From positions 17,856,001 through 17,920,000 of the forward strand of contig NC_086126.1 of NCBI RefSeq assembly GCF_963921235.1: a stretch of DNA of 64,000 nucleotides. Direction: 5' to 3'. The notes below the pieces were generated by a model. That model was not told where the DNA came from and did not search any database. It worked only from the letters and a program-made list of their open reading frames with translations. The stretch comes from Mobula hypostoma (taxonomy: Eukaryota). Shown piece by piece: positions 35,091-48,000 of this stretch (position 1 is the stretch's first letter; the number at the start of each line of letters is the position of its first letter). The position numbers and the translations under genes are program-made.

Positions 35091-37873
35091 GATTCGTTTC
35101 CAAGCCTCTCAATTTGGACCTTCTGAGGATCCCAGGTACTCACATTTTATTGACTCTGCCTCTTGCCGCTTCTCCCGTCAAGCTCTGAAGGCGACGCTCT
35201 CCGCCATGAGGAGGTATTTGGTGTCCCTATCCCAGACCCTTCCACACCTTCGGGACACTTTCTTCGCCGTCTGTAATGGTCCTACCCGTTATTTCATCCT
35301 CCGTCGGATCCACGCCTGCAATCGCCGTTTTTTTGACTTTGTCATGTTAGGCAAAGATCCTGCCATTGATCTCGGCGGCTCCAACACCTCAGGACATATT
35401 CAAAACCCGGACTCCAGCAACGACCATGGACACATTCACAGCGATTGCGCAACCACCAACTGCGACTCCAGCCTTGAACTCCAGGCCGGGTCTTTATGTG
35501 CTGCTGTTGTGACTCCCGTCTCCCCTTCCCCCACCACCACTCCGCAGCCCCGTCTTCCTCAGATCCCACCGTCAGCTCCTGGGCCCTCAGAGGCTCCATC
35601 TTCCTCTCACCCCAACCCTCCCCTCTCCACTGACACCCCCAGCTTCCCCCCTCCCCCCTCTGATCCCAGCTCTCATCCGTGCCGGGTCTTTACCATCCCC
35701 TCTGACCTTCAACTGTCGGAGGCAGAACGCTCTGTTCTCAGTAAGGGCCTCACGTTTGTCCCCCTTCGCCCACACCTCAGCGAGTTCCGTGTTCGCCACG
35801 ATGCGGAACTTTTCTTCCGCCGTCTCCGTCTCCGAGCCTACTTCTTTGGCAAGGACTCTTCCACCCCCACCGATGATCCCTTCTCTCGTCTTCAACCCTG
35901 CTCTTCTTTATGGACACCCCGCTCTGGTCTTCTGCCTGCTCTGGATCTCTTTATTGCCAACTGCCGACGGGACATCAACCGTCTCGACTTCACCGCACCT
36001 TGTCCCCATTCCAACCTCACTCCTTCGGAACGCTCTGCTCTCCACTCCCTCCGCACTAATCCTAACCTTATTATTAAACCCGCTGATAAAGGGGGTGCTG
36101 TTGTAGTCTGGCGTACTGACCTCTACCTTGCCGAGGCACAGCGACAACTCGCGGATATCTCCTCTTATTTACCCCTCGATCGTGACCCCACTAAGGAGCA
36201 CCAGGCCATTGTCTCCCACACTATCAACGACTTTATCCGCTCAGGGGATCTCCCATCCACTGCTACCAACCTTATAGTTCCCACACCCCGCACTTCCCGT
36301 TTCTACCTCCTACCCAAGATCCACAAACCTGCCTGTCCTGGCCGACCTATTGTCTCAGCTTGCTCCTGCCCCACCGAACTCGTTTCTGCATACCTCAACA
36401 CTGTTTTATCACCCCTTGTTCAATCCCTTCCGACCTATGTTCGTGACACTTCTCACGCTCTTAAACTTTTCGATGATTTTAAGTTCCCTGGCCCCCACCA
36501 CTTTATTTTCACCATGGATGTCCAGTCCTTATATACTTCCATCCCCCATCAGGAAGGTCTCAAAGCTCTACGCTTCTTTTTGGATTCCAGACCTAATCAG
36601 TTCCCCTCTACCACCACTCTGCTCCGTCCAGCGGAATTAGTCCTTACTCTTAATAATTTCTCCTTTTGCTCCTCCCATTTCCTCCAAACTAAAGGTGTAG
36701 CTATGGGCACCCGTATGGGTCCTAGCTATGCCTGCCTTTTTGTTGGGTTTGTGGAACAATCTATGTTCCGTGCCTATTCTGGTATCTGTCCCCCACTTTT
36801 CCTTCGCTACATCGACGACTGCATTGGCGCTGCTTCCTGCACGCATGCAGAACTCGTTGACTTTATTAACTTTGCCTCCAACTTTCACCCTGCCCTCAAG
36901 TTTACCTGGTCCATTTCCGACACCTCCCTCCCCTTTCTAGATCTTTCTGTCTCTGTCTCTGGAGACAGCTTATCCACTGATGTCTACTATAAGCCTACTG
37001 ACTCTCACAGCTATCTGGACTATTCCTCTTCTCACCCTGTCTCTTGCAAAAACGCCATCCCCTTCTCGCAATTCCTCCGTCTCCGCCGCATCTGCTCTCA
37101 GGATGAGGCTTTTCATTCTAGGACGAGGGAGATGTCTTCATTTTTTAAAGAAAGGGGCTTCCCTTCCTCCACTATCAACTCTGCTCTTAAACGCATCTCC
37201 CCCATTTCACGTACATCTGCTCTCACTCCATCCTCCCACCACCCCACTAGGAATAGGGTTCCCCTGGTCCTCACCTACCACCTCACCAGCCTCCGGGTCC
37301 AACATATTATTCTCCGTAACTTCCGCCACCTCCAACGGGATCCCACCACTAAGCACATCTTTCCCTCCCCCCCCCTCTGCATTCCGCAGGGATCGCTCCC
37401 TACACAACTCGCTTGTCCATTCGTCCCCCCCATCCCTCCCCACTGATCTCCCTCCTGGCACTTATCCGTGTAAGCGGAACAAGTGCTACACATGCCCTTA
37501 CACTTCCTCCCTTACCACCATTCAGGGCCCCAAACAGTCCTTCCAGGTGAGGCATCACTTCACCTGTGAGTCGACTGGGGTGATATACTGCGTCCGGTGC
37601 TCCCGATGTGGCCTTTTATATATTGGTGAGACCCGACGCAGACTGGGAGACCGCTTTGCTGAACATCTACGCTCTGTCCGCCAGAGAAAGCAGGATCTCC
37701 CACTGGCCACACATTTTAATTCCACATCCCATTCCCATTCTGACATGTCTATCCACGGCCTCCTCTACTGTAAAGATGAAGCCACACTCAGGTTGGAGGA
37801 ACAACACCTTATATTCCGTCTGGGTAGCCTCCAACCTGATGGCGTGAACATTGACTTCTCTAACTTCCGCTAG
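35091..37873 (+). pseudogene. PLE RT-GIY-YIG polyprotein, 5'-truncated, single apparent frameshift in a C-run near 37367-37376
   Basis: Frame of ORF 34801-37446 holds the RT; frame of ORF 36980-37873 holds the linker and endonuclease. Confidence 0.88.
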
Positions 37874-38165
37874 GCCCCACCTCCCCCTCATACCCCATCT
37901 GTTACTCATTTTTATGCACACATTCTTTCTCTCACTCTCCTTTTTCTCCCTCTGTCCCTCTGAATATACCTCTTGCCCATCCTCTGGGTCACCCCCCCCC
38001 CGTCTTTCTTCCCGGACCTCCTGTCCCATGATCCACTCGTATCCCCTTTTGCCTATCACCTGTCCAGCTCTCGGCTTTATCCCTCCCCCTCCTGTCTTCT
38101 CCTATCATTTTGCATCTCCCTCTCCCCCTCCAGCTTTCAAATCCCTTACTCACTCTTCCTTCAGT

Positions 38166-38203
38166 TAGTCCTGACGAAGGGTCTCGGCCTGAAACGTCGA
38201 CTG
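38166..38203 (+). ncRNA. Minimal type I hammerhead ribozyme
   Basis: TAGTC (stem I) CTGACGA AGG-gtctcgg-CCT (stem II) GAAA CG TC GACTG (stem I'); predicted cleavage after C38198; stem III reduced to palindromic ACGT. Confidence 0.85.
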
Positions 38204-39598
38204 CGCCTCTTCCTATAGATGCTGCTTGGCCTGCTGCGTTCACCAGCAACTTTGATGTGTGTTGCTTGAATTTCCAGCATCTGCAGAATTCCTGTTGTTT
38301 CCCTTTAGAATTTTATATGTTTCAATCAGATCCCCCCTCAACCTTCTAAATTCCAGAGAGTATAAGCCTAGCCGATCCAGTCTTTCATCATATGAAAGTC
38401 CTGCCATCCCAGGAATCAATCTGGTGAACCTTCTTTGTACTCCCTCTATGGCAACAATGTCTCTCCTCAGATTAGGGGACCAAAACTGCACACAATACTC
38501 CAGGTGTGGTCTCACCAAGGCCTTGTACAACTGCAGTAGTACCTCCCTGCTCCTGTACTCGAATCCTCTTGCTATGAATGCCAGCATACCATTCGTCTTT
38601 TTCACTGCCTGCTGTACCTGCATGCCCACTTTCAATGACTGGTGTACAATGACACCCAGGTCTCGTTGCACCTGCCCTTTTCCTAATCGGCCACCATTCA
38701 GATAATAATCTGTTTTCTTGTTTTTGCCACCAAGGTGGATAACTTCACATTTATCCACATTAAATTGCCTCTGCCATGAATTTGCCCACTCACCTTAACC
38801 TATCCAAGTCACCCTACATCCTCTTAGCATCCTCCTCACAGCTAACACTGCCGACCAGCTTTGTGTCATCCGCAAACTTGGAGATGCTGCATTTAATTCT
38901 CTCGTCTAAGTCATTAATATATATTGTAAACAACTGTGGTCCCAGCACTGAGCCTTGCGGTACCCCACCAGTCACTGCCTGCCATTCTGAAAAGGTCCCG
39001 TTTATTCCCACACTTTGCTTCCTGTCCGCCAGCTAATTCTCTATCCACATCAATACCTTACCCCCAATACCGTGTACTTTAAGTTTGCACACTAATCTCC
39101 TGTGTGGGACCTTGTCAAAAGCCTTTTGAAAATCCGAACATACCACATCCACTGGTTCTCCCCTATCCACTCTACTAGTTACATCCTCAAAAAATTCTAT
39201 GAGATTCGTCAGACATGATTATCTTTTCACTAATCCATGCTGACTTCATCCAATGATTTCAATGCTTTCCAAATGTGCTGTTATCACATCTTTGATAACT
39301 GACTCTAGCATTTTCCCCACCACCGATGTCAGGTTTACCGGTCTATAATTCCCCGGTTTCTCTCTCCCTCCTTTTTTAAAAAGCGGGGTTACATTAGCCA
39401 CCCTCCAATCCTCAGGAACTAATCCAGAATCTAAAGAGTTTTGAAAAATTATCACTGAGGCATCCACCATTTCTTGGGCTACTTCCTTAAGCACTCTGGG
39501 ATGCAGACCATCTGGCCCTGGGCATTTTTCTGCCTTTAATCCCTTCAATCTACCTAACACCACTCCCCTACTAACATGTATTTCCCTCAGTTACTCCA

Positions 39599-39893
39599 CG
39601 GTTTGAGGATAAAGGCAAAGCCTTTTAGGACTGAGATTAGAAAAAACTTCTTCACACAGAGAGTGGTGAATCTGTGGAATTCTCTGCCACAGGAAACAGT
39701 TGAGGCCAGTTCATTGGCTATATTTAAGAGGGAGTTAGATATGGCCCTTGTGGCTAGGGGGATCAGAGGGTATGGAGGGAAGGCTGGTGCAGGGTTCTGA
39801 GTTGGATGATCAGCCATGATCATAATAAATGGCGGTGCAGGCTCAAAGGGCCGAATGGCCTACTCCTGCACCTATTTTCTATGTTTCTATGTT
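39599..39893 (+). mobile_element. Short CR1 3' end inserted antisense into the host CR1
   Basis: Near reverse complement of 34724-34995; ends tttctatgtttctatgttt; host sequence resumes afterwards. Confidence 0.88.
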
Positions 39894-40389
39894 TCCATCT
39901 CACTGGACCCTCGGTCCTCTACTATTTCCGGAATATTATTTATGTCCACCTTAGTGAAGACAGAAGCAAAGTAGTTATTCAATTGGTCTGCCATGTCCTT
40001 GTTCCCCATGATCAATTCACCTGTTTCTGACTGTAAGGGACCTACATTTGTCTTACCCAATCTTTTTCTTTTCACATATCTATAAAAGCTTTTACAGTCA
40101 CTTTTTATGTTCCCTGCCAGCTTTCTCTCATAATCTTTTTTCCCTTTCCTAATTAAGCCCTTTGTCCTCCTCTGCTGGACTCTGAATTTCTCCCAGTCCT
40201 CAGGTGTGCCGCTTTTTCTGGCTAATTTGTATGTTTCTTCTTTGGAATTGATACTATCCCCAATTTCCCTTGACAGCAAGGGGTGCACTAACTTCCCTGG
40301 TTTATTCTTCTGCCAAACTGGGATGAACAACTGGTGTGAATACTTTTCATCGGCACTTTACATGTAGGGACAGTGATGGTGAAAGGGGG

Positions 40390-43300
40390 AGGGAAAGAAG
40401 ACATGGGGAGGAGTGGCCTCAAGATCCTGAGGTGTGATCAAAGGCATTCAAGGAAATATTAAATCAAAGAACATACAGAGGCAAGGGCTGGTGGTAGACA
40501 AGAGAATCAGGAACTTTCTAGGAACCAGTGATGAGATAAAAGCTAAAAGTAACAAGGATCACGCAGAGAAGTTAACTCAATAATTTGCATTAGTGTTCAC
40601 AGTGGGGCACAGCAAACATCCCACAGATATCTAACAGTGACATTTCAACATCGTGCCATAATGTGTAACGATCGCCATCACAAGGGAGAAACTAATGGGA
40701 CTAAAAGCAAACTTTACCAGGTCCCAACGACCTGCACTGGAGGTTTCACAGGAAGTCTGGAGAGAAAGTAGAGAAAGTGAAGTTTGTCAAAACTCACTGT
40801 TACAGAAAGGTCCCAGCGGAGTCGAAAACCATTGTTGAAGAAGGGTGGAAGATGAAAAGCGGGTAACTGTAGTCCAGTTAACTTCACTTCAGCTACTGGA
40901 GTCTATAATCTATGAAGAAATAACAAATCGTTTGGAAAAGTTTAATGTCAACACGGTCTACAGTCAGATTCACACAGATTCCTCGATGACCAAAGCTCCC
41001 ATCTGAGCTTGTGGTCTGTAACTCCCTCACCACCACATTATGAACAAGGTTATCCTCCTCCTTGTCCCATTTCTCTGCATTTGGCCCATGTACTCAAAAC
41101 CTTTCCTTTCCATCTACCTGTCCAAGTGCCTTTTTAATGTAGCTGACTCAACCACTCCCCATAGCAGCTCATTCCATTTACTGACCAGTCTCCAGGTCCC
41201 TGATGAATTTATACACCTCTGCAATAGCAGCACTCATTCTCCAACTCATTCAGGGAAAATTGTCCAAAACACCTTTCCACAAATCCTTTGAGATCCAGTA
41301 ACATCCCCGTAAATCTCCTCTGCACTCTTTCCAGCTTAATGGTGTCTGTCATACAGCAGGGTCACTAAAACTAAACACTATTTGCGAAATGCAGCCAAAC
41401 CAACGTGTTGGACAACTGCAACATTTCATCCCAGCTTCTATATTTGGTGCCCTGACTGAAACCAGTGTTCCAAAAGCCTCTTCACCACCCTGTCCATCTG
41501 GAACCTGGTCTTGGACCCTGTAACCTGGGTTGCTGAATGTTAAGTCATGTTTGACAAACATACCAGAGATTTGAGACTTTACAGGGGAAGTTGGGGAATA
41601 CTGACTGAAGACTGGTCATCATACTGAGACAGAATAACAGGTCTGTTTCAGACTGGGATGATATTACTAGTGGAGTTTCCCAGTGACCAGTTCTGGATTG
41701 TCAATGGTTTATTGATATTAATGACCCAGAGGAGGGGCAGAGAGTGAGGAATCCACGGTGGCAATGACGGGGAATGTGCTGGGGGACATGTTGTGTCTGG
41801 ACATTTCATCTCTCCAACGGGACGTGGGGAAGGTGGTGAGCAGAATACTTGGTAAATGGAGTTTAATGGGGTGAAGTCTGATGGCATGTAGAGTGGTAGG
41901 AGGAATCAGAAGTCAAACTATTATTTATGTGGCGATAAGTTGTAAATGAGAGAAATAGAGAGGGGTCGAGGTGCTGAACTACACAACAAAATAGAGACGG
42001 GAGCAGTGAGTGGTTCATAAAACCATATATGACCAAGGTTCAGAGGTGAATGGTTCATTGACATTTACTGCTGGGGTGTTGGTGCAGAGAAACAGAGGAG
42101 TGTTGTTACTGTGACAGACAAGTGCACAATGATGGATTTTGGGAAGTTAAAGCAGGTCAGGACGTACCCAGTGAATGGAGGGTCCTGAGGAGTGTTGATG
42201 AAAGAGAAACCTGGGGCACAGGTACGTAACTCCCTGAAAGTGCCAACACAGGTAGACAAGGTGGTGAAGAAGGAGCACGACATGCTTGTCTTCATCGGCA
42301 AAGGTCTGAGAGGAGTTGGGTCATCACATTACAGTTGTACAAATCAATAATGACACCACACCAGGAGTACCCTGTGCAGTTCTGGTCACATGAGAGGAAG
42401 GATGTGATTAAGCTGGAAAGGCACAGAAACTATTCACAGGAATGTTACCTGGACTGGGGGCTTGAGTTACAAGGAAAGATCAGACCGACTGGGACTGTTT
42501 TCCCTGGAGTGAAGAAGACTGACGAAGACCTGACCGAAGATTATAAAACTATGAGAAGTGTAGACAAGGTAAACAGGCAGAATCATTTTGCCAGGGTAGA
42601 AATATCAAATATGAGAAGGTGCAGCTTTAAAATGCCAGGGTGAGAATTTAAAGGTGGACATTAGGGCAGGTAAGATTTCTGTTTCTGTACAGAGAGTGGT
42701 GAGGGCCGGGTATGGGCTGCCATGGGGAGTGGTGGAAGCAGGTACGATAATGACATTTAACAGGGTTTTAGACAAGTCCATGAATATTCAGAGAATTGAA
42801 GCACATGAATTATAAGCAGGCAGAAGAGGTTTAGTTTCATTTGACATCATGTTCAGCACAGACATCATGGGAAGAAGGGTATGTTCCTGTGTTGTACTGT
42901 TCTGTGTTCTCGGTGAGCCTCAGTGACAAGGGAGTCTTTCGCCGGGGTCACAGACAGGTGTATCTGTGGTAAGGAGAGAGACTGCAGGATGGTGCATTAC
43001 CTCCCTGGGACCAGGGTCGAGGATGGAACTGAACAAGTGCAGGCCATTCTGAAAGGGCAGGGTGAGCAGCCAGAGGTCGTGGTCCATATTGGCTCCAACA
43101 AAAGAGACAAAGTCCTGCAAGGAGAACTTAGGGAGTTGAGGAAAAAGTTCAGTAGAAACTCTGTGGTGGTGGTGGGGGTAATCCCAGTGTCAGCCGCTAG
43201 CGAGGGAAGAAATACAAAGGTGGTACAGTTATATGTGTGGCTCACGAGCTGGTGCAGGATGGAGGGTTTTAGTTACATGGATCATTGGGCTCTCCTTCAG

Positions 43301-44340
43301 GACAGGTGATGGGAAGAGTAAGAGGTCAGTAACTGGCATTGATGGATGTGGATTAACACAGGAAGTAAGTCCAAATGGATAAATGACAGTGTCTCAGTAG
43401 CATTACAAGTGCACAGATATACAAATATCAGAAGAGAAGCAAGAGAAAGAATAAAAAGTAAGTTACCTCCAACAGTCTAACGTGGGTGGGGGGGGGGGGT
43501 CATCACTTCCCCGGCTATAGGTTGACTCATTATTGACCCTGATGGCCCAGTGTAAGAATGACTTCATACAGCGCTCCTTGGAGCAGCAGAGTTGTCTTAA
43601 TCTGTTACTGAAGGTGCTCCTCTGTTCAGCCAAGATGGCATGCAGAGGGTGAGAAACATTGTCCAGAATTGCCAGGATTTTCCGTAGGGTCCTTTGTCCT
43701 ACCACGGCCTCCAGTGTGTCCAGTTTGACTCCTGTAAGAGCCAGTCTTTCCAATCAGTTTATTGAGTCGGATGGCATTACCCATGTTAGTGCCATTGGCC
43801 CAGTACACACACTGATCATGCAGAATGTCATAAGGTCAAGGTCATCCCAGAGGCTCATCCAGTAAGATAACCTGGATAGAAATCAGGAATAAGAAAGGTG
43901 CAATCACTATGATAGGGTTATACTGTAGGTCTCCCAATAGCCAGTAAGAGACAGAAACAGATATGTTAGCAGGTTATGGGATGATGTAAAAAACAACAGA
44001 GTAGATTTGGTGAGTGAATATCTCCTCAGAGCAACTGGGATTCCCTTACACCCTGAGGCTTGGATGGGGCATTATTTGTGTTCAGGAAGGTTTCCTGAAA
44101 CAATATGTCGTCCACCAGGGAGGGGGACATTCTTGACTTCACCTTGGGAAATATGGGACTCAGCAGAATGGTGGCAGGAACAACCAGTGTTCAAAGAGGA
44201 ATTAGACAGGTCCTTCAGGGGAAATGACCTGCAGTGCTGTGGGGACAGAGTGGGGAATGGGATTGTGGAAATGTTGTAGCAGGAGTTGGTATAAATTTGA
44301 TGGGTCAAATAGTCTCGATGATCACAGAATGATTCTCTAC
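40390..44340. mobile_element. Mixed degenerate CR1 fragments, a CR1 ORF1 esterase remnant (42920-43310) and a Rex1-like 3' fragment (about 43385-43800, minus)
   Basis: TPHQEYPVQFWS, EQPEVVVHIGSN, LAILDNVSHPLH motifs. Confidence 0.72.
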
Positions 44341-45084
44341 CCAATAATAGTCTGAAAAAAATCACTCTGGTCGCCAGTGAATCTTCCAAGCTCCAGGATG
44401 GACAAGATCAATTGTGTAATAAGGACACACTTCTGTCGAAACACTGACACTGTATACCAAGCAGACTGAGCTGCCAGAGCACAGCACTGGCCAGTGAGGA
44501 CAGAGACCAGTACAACACCCGGCTCTCTGCTACAAAGTTCAAAGCTGAAAGTAAATGTATTATCAAAATACATTTCTGTCACCATATACAACCCTGAGAT
44601 TAGTTTTCTTGTGGGCATACTGCTGGTTTGTTAGAGCGGTAGGGGAGGGTTTAAACTAATTTGGCAGGAGCATGGGAACTGGTGTGAAAGGATGCAGGAT
44701 AGGACAGATGGTAAAAAAGCAAAGATAGCATGCAGTCACACTGTCAGGAAGGGCAGGCAGATGATAGGACATAAATGCAGCCAGCAGGGTGAGTATCAGT
44801 GCATGAGGGATGCAGAAACAATTATGGTAGCAAATACAGAACTCAAACTGTCATATCTCAATACCCAGAGTATACTAAATAAGGTGGATAATCTTATTAC
44901 CCTATTATGGATTGTCATGTTTAATGTTGTGACCATCACTGAATCACTGCTGAAGCATGTTTGTAGTTGGGAGCAAAATGCCCCAGGTTACACGTATCAG
45001 AGGGACAGGAAGGTAGGCAATGGGGATGGCGTGGCTCTGCTGGTAAAGAATGGTAACAAATCGGTAGAAAGATGTGACAAAGGA

Positions 45085-48000
45085 AGCATGTGTGTGAGGC
45101 CGGTGTTCTGCACTCGGTGTCAGATGTGCGAAGTTCTGGAGTCTCCCAGCCTCCTGGACAGGAATATCCGCACCCGGTGTGTCGAGCTGCAGCTCCCAAG
45201 GGATCGCGTTAGGGAACGGGAGTTGCAGCTCGTTGACCTTCATCTGGTCAGGGAGAGCGAGGAGGTGATTGAAGGGAGTCATGGGCAGGTGGTCGAACCG
45301 GGACCACAGGAGACAGACAAGTGGTTAAGAGTCAGGAGAGGGAAGGGGAAGAGTCAGGTACCAGAGAGTAGCCCTGTGGCTGTCCCCCTGTACTGTTTGA
45401 GTACTGTTGGGGGGGGGGGGGGTAGAGAGGAACAGCCTACCTGGAGGAAGCAATAGCAGCCAAGCCTCCGGCAGAGTCCGGCCCTGTGGCTCAGAAGGGC
45501 AGAGAAAGGAAGAGAAAGGCCGTAGTGATGGGGGACTCTTTAGTTAGGCGATTCTGTAGACGCAGGAAAGAAACACGGGTGGTAGTTTACCTCCCAGATG
45601 CCAGGGTCCCGGAAGTTTCAGATCGCGTCCAAAATATCCTCCAGTGGATTGGAGAACAGCCAGAGGTCGTGGTACATATTGGTACCATTGACATAGGTAG
45701 GAAAAGGAAGGAGGTCCTGAAAACAGACTACAGGGAGTTAGGAAGGAAGTTGAGAAGCAGGAGGGCAAAGGTAGTAATCTCGGGATTACTGCCTGTGCCA
45801 CGCGACAGTGAGTATAGGAATAGAATTGAGCTGGCGGATAAATGCGTGGCTGAGGGATTGGAGCAAGGGGCAGGGATTCAGATTTCTGGATCACTGGGAC
45901 CTCTTTTGGGGCAGGTGTGACCTGTACAAAAAGGACGGGTTGCACTTGAATCCCACGGGGACCAATATCTTGCGGGGAGGTTTGCTATTGGGGAGAGTTT
46001 AAACTAGAACTGTTGGGGGGTGGGAACCGAATTGAAGAGACTGGGGAAGAGGCGGTTGGCTCACAAATAGAGAAAGCTTTGAGACAGTGTGTGAGGGAAG
46101 ATAGGCAGGTGATAGAGAAGGTACGTGCTCAGACCAACGGTTTGAGATGTGTCTATTTTAACGCAGGGAGTATTGTGAACAAAGCGGATGAGCTTAGAGC
46201 ATATATCACTACTTGGAGCTATGATGTGGTGGCCATTACAGAGACTTGGATGGCTCAGGGACAGGAATGGTTACTTCAAGTGCTGGGTTTTAGATCTTTC
46301 AGGAAGGACAGGGAGGGAGGCCAAAGAGGTGGGGGCGTGGCACTGTTGATCCGAGATAGTATCATGTCTGCAGAAAAGGTGGACGTTATGGGGGGGATTG
46401 TCTACGGAGTCTGTGTGGGTGGAGGTTAGAAACAGTAAGGGGTCAATTACTCTACTGGGTGGTTTTCATAGGCCACCCAATAGTAACAGGGATATCGAGG
46501 AGCAGATAGAGAAACAGATCCTGAAAAGATGTAATAATAACAGAGTTGTAGTGGTGGGAGATTTTAATTTCACAAATATCGATTGGCATCTCCCTAGAGC
46601 AAGGGGTGTAGATAGGGTGGAGTTTGTTAGGTGTGTTCAGGAAGGTTTCTTGACACAATATGTAGATAAGACTACAAGAGGAGAGACTGTACTTGATTTG
46701 GTATTGGGAAATGAACCTTGTCAGGTGTCAGTTCTCTCAGTGGGAGAGCATTTTGGAGATAGTGATCATAATTCTATCTCCTTTGCAATAGCATTGGAGA
46801 GAGATAGGAACAGACAAGTTAGAAAAGCGATTAATTGGAGTAAGGGGAATTATGAGGCTATCAGGCAGGAACTCGGAAGCTTAAATTGGGAACTGATGTT
46901 CTCAAGGAAAGGTACGGGAGAAATGTGGCAAATGTTCAGGGACTATTTGTGTTGTCATGTGTGTTGCCAAGCAGAGCTACCAGACGGATGATGCTAATGA
47001 GAGAGGTAATGGAAGACAATGGAGAAACATATTGACAGACCGTTTGCTTTGAACCTGAACTGTTTGAAGTTTGATGGACAGGTGATACCCCAGCAGGGGG
47101 ATAAAAAGAGCAGGTTTGCTAAGGCACAAGACACGTCACGAGACCCTGGAAAGGGCAGTGTGCCCCCACAAGTTGGTGGAAGTTTGGAGGACCGGTTCGC
47201 GGGAATTGGTCAGAGGCTCTCAGGGTGTGTGTCCGCCCTTGCCTGAGTGCCGGGTTCACTGCGGAAGAACGATCGTATCCGGAACGGAGGGGTCACAGTC
47301 AGTGACCACAGCGGGATCAGAAGATATCAAAACGTCTGCCCGAAACCAACTGCATCTCTATATATCTCTCTCCCTCCCTCCCTCCAGCAGTACAACAACA
47401 GCGATTACTTCGAACTGAACTGAACTCTGCTTAAGACTGATCATTTTACCCCTAGACTGCGATAGAGCTTGGTTGATTCCTATTACCCTATTTCTGTGTA
47501 TATGTGGGTATTATCATTGCTAACCTGTTACATTTATATCCTTGTGATTAGTGTACTGTATTACTTATTTCTTTAATAAAAATTTATTAGTTCCTAGTAA
47601 TCACAGACTCCAACAAGCGTTCCATTTCAGCTGGTTTGGCAACCCAGTTACGGGGTACGTAATAGTGTGGAGTTCTGCATAGGTATGTTCCAATGAGACA
47701 GGGAAGTTATGGTAGGGTACAGGAACTGTGGTGTACAAAAAAGGCTGTAGTAAATCTAGACAAGAAGAAAAGAAAAGCTTACAAAAGGTTCAGAGGGTGA
47801 GGTAATGTCAGAGATCTAGAAGATTGTCAGGCTAACAGGAAGGAGCTTAAGAAGGAAATTAGGAGAGCCAGAAGGGGCCATGAGAAGGCCTTGGTGGGCA
47901 GGATTAAGGAAAGCCCCAAGGCATTCTACAAGTATGTGAAGAGCAAGAGGATACGACGTGAAAGGATAAAACCTATCAAGTGTGACAGTGGGAAAGTGTG

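Larger units (their letters stand above)
35091..38299 (+). mobile_element. Neptune-type Penelope-like retroelement with 10-bp TSD
   Basis: tccctttaga at 35081-35090 and 38300-38309; RT motifs KPADKG, FYLLPKIHK, GRPIVS, MDVQSLYT, GVAMG, RYIDD; Cys-rich linker CKRNKCYTC; GIY-YIG (GVIYC...YIGET). Confidence 0.95.
34724..40333 (-). mobile_element. Young 5'-truncated CR1 LINE interrupted by a Penelope element and a second CR1 tail
   Basis: (tttctatg)n tail at 34724; GVPQGSVLGPQLF...KFADDTKL, LVRPHLEYCVQFWSP, KCPGPDGLHPRVL. Confidence 0.92.
30825..40361 (-). mobile_element. Degenerate Tc1 transposon whose right inverted repeat is split by nested LINEs
   Basis: Transposase remnants ITLEELQAS...LYGRVAEKKPLL...WKKILWSDENK; left IR 30850-30990 is inverted relative to 32170-32223 plus 34613-34710; terminus gtgaatacttttcatcggcact resumes at about 40336. 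Confidence 0.75.

Noticed and set aside
34801-37446. 881-aa ORF as a host gene or domesticated RT
   Set aside because: The first ~97 codons are antisense CR1 tail; the rest is PLE RT bounded by a TSD. A chance in-frame fusion.
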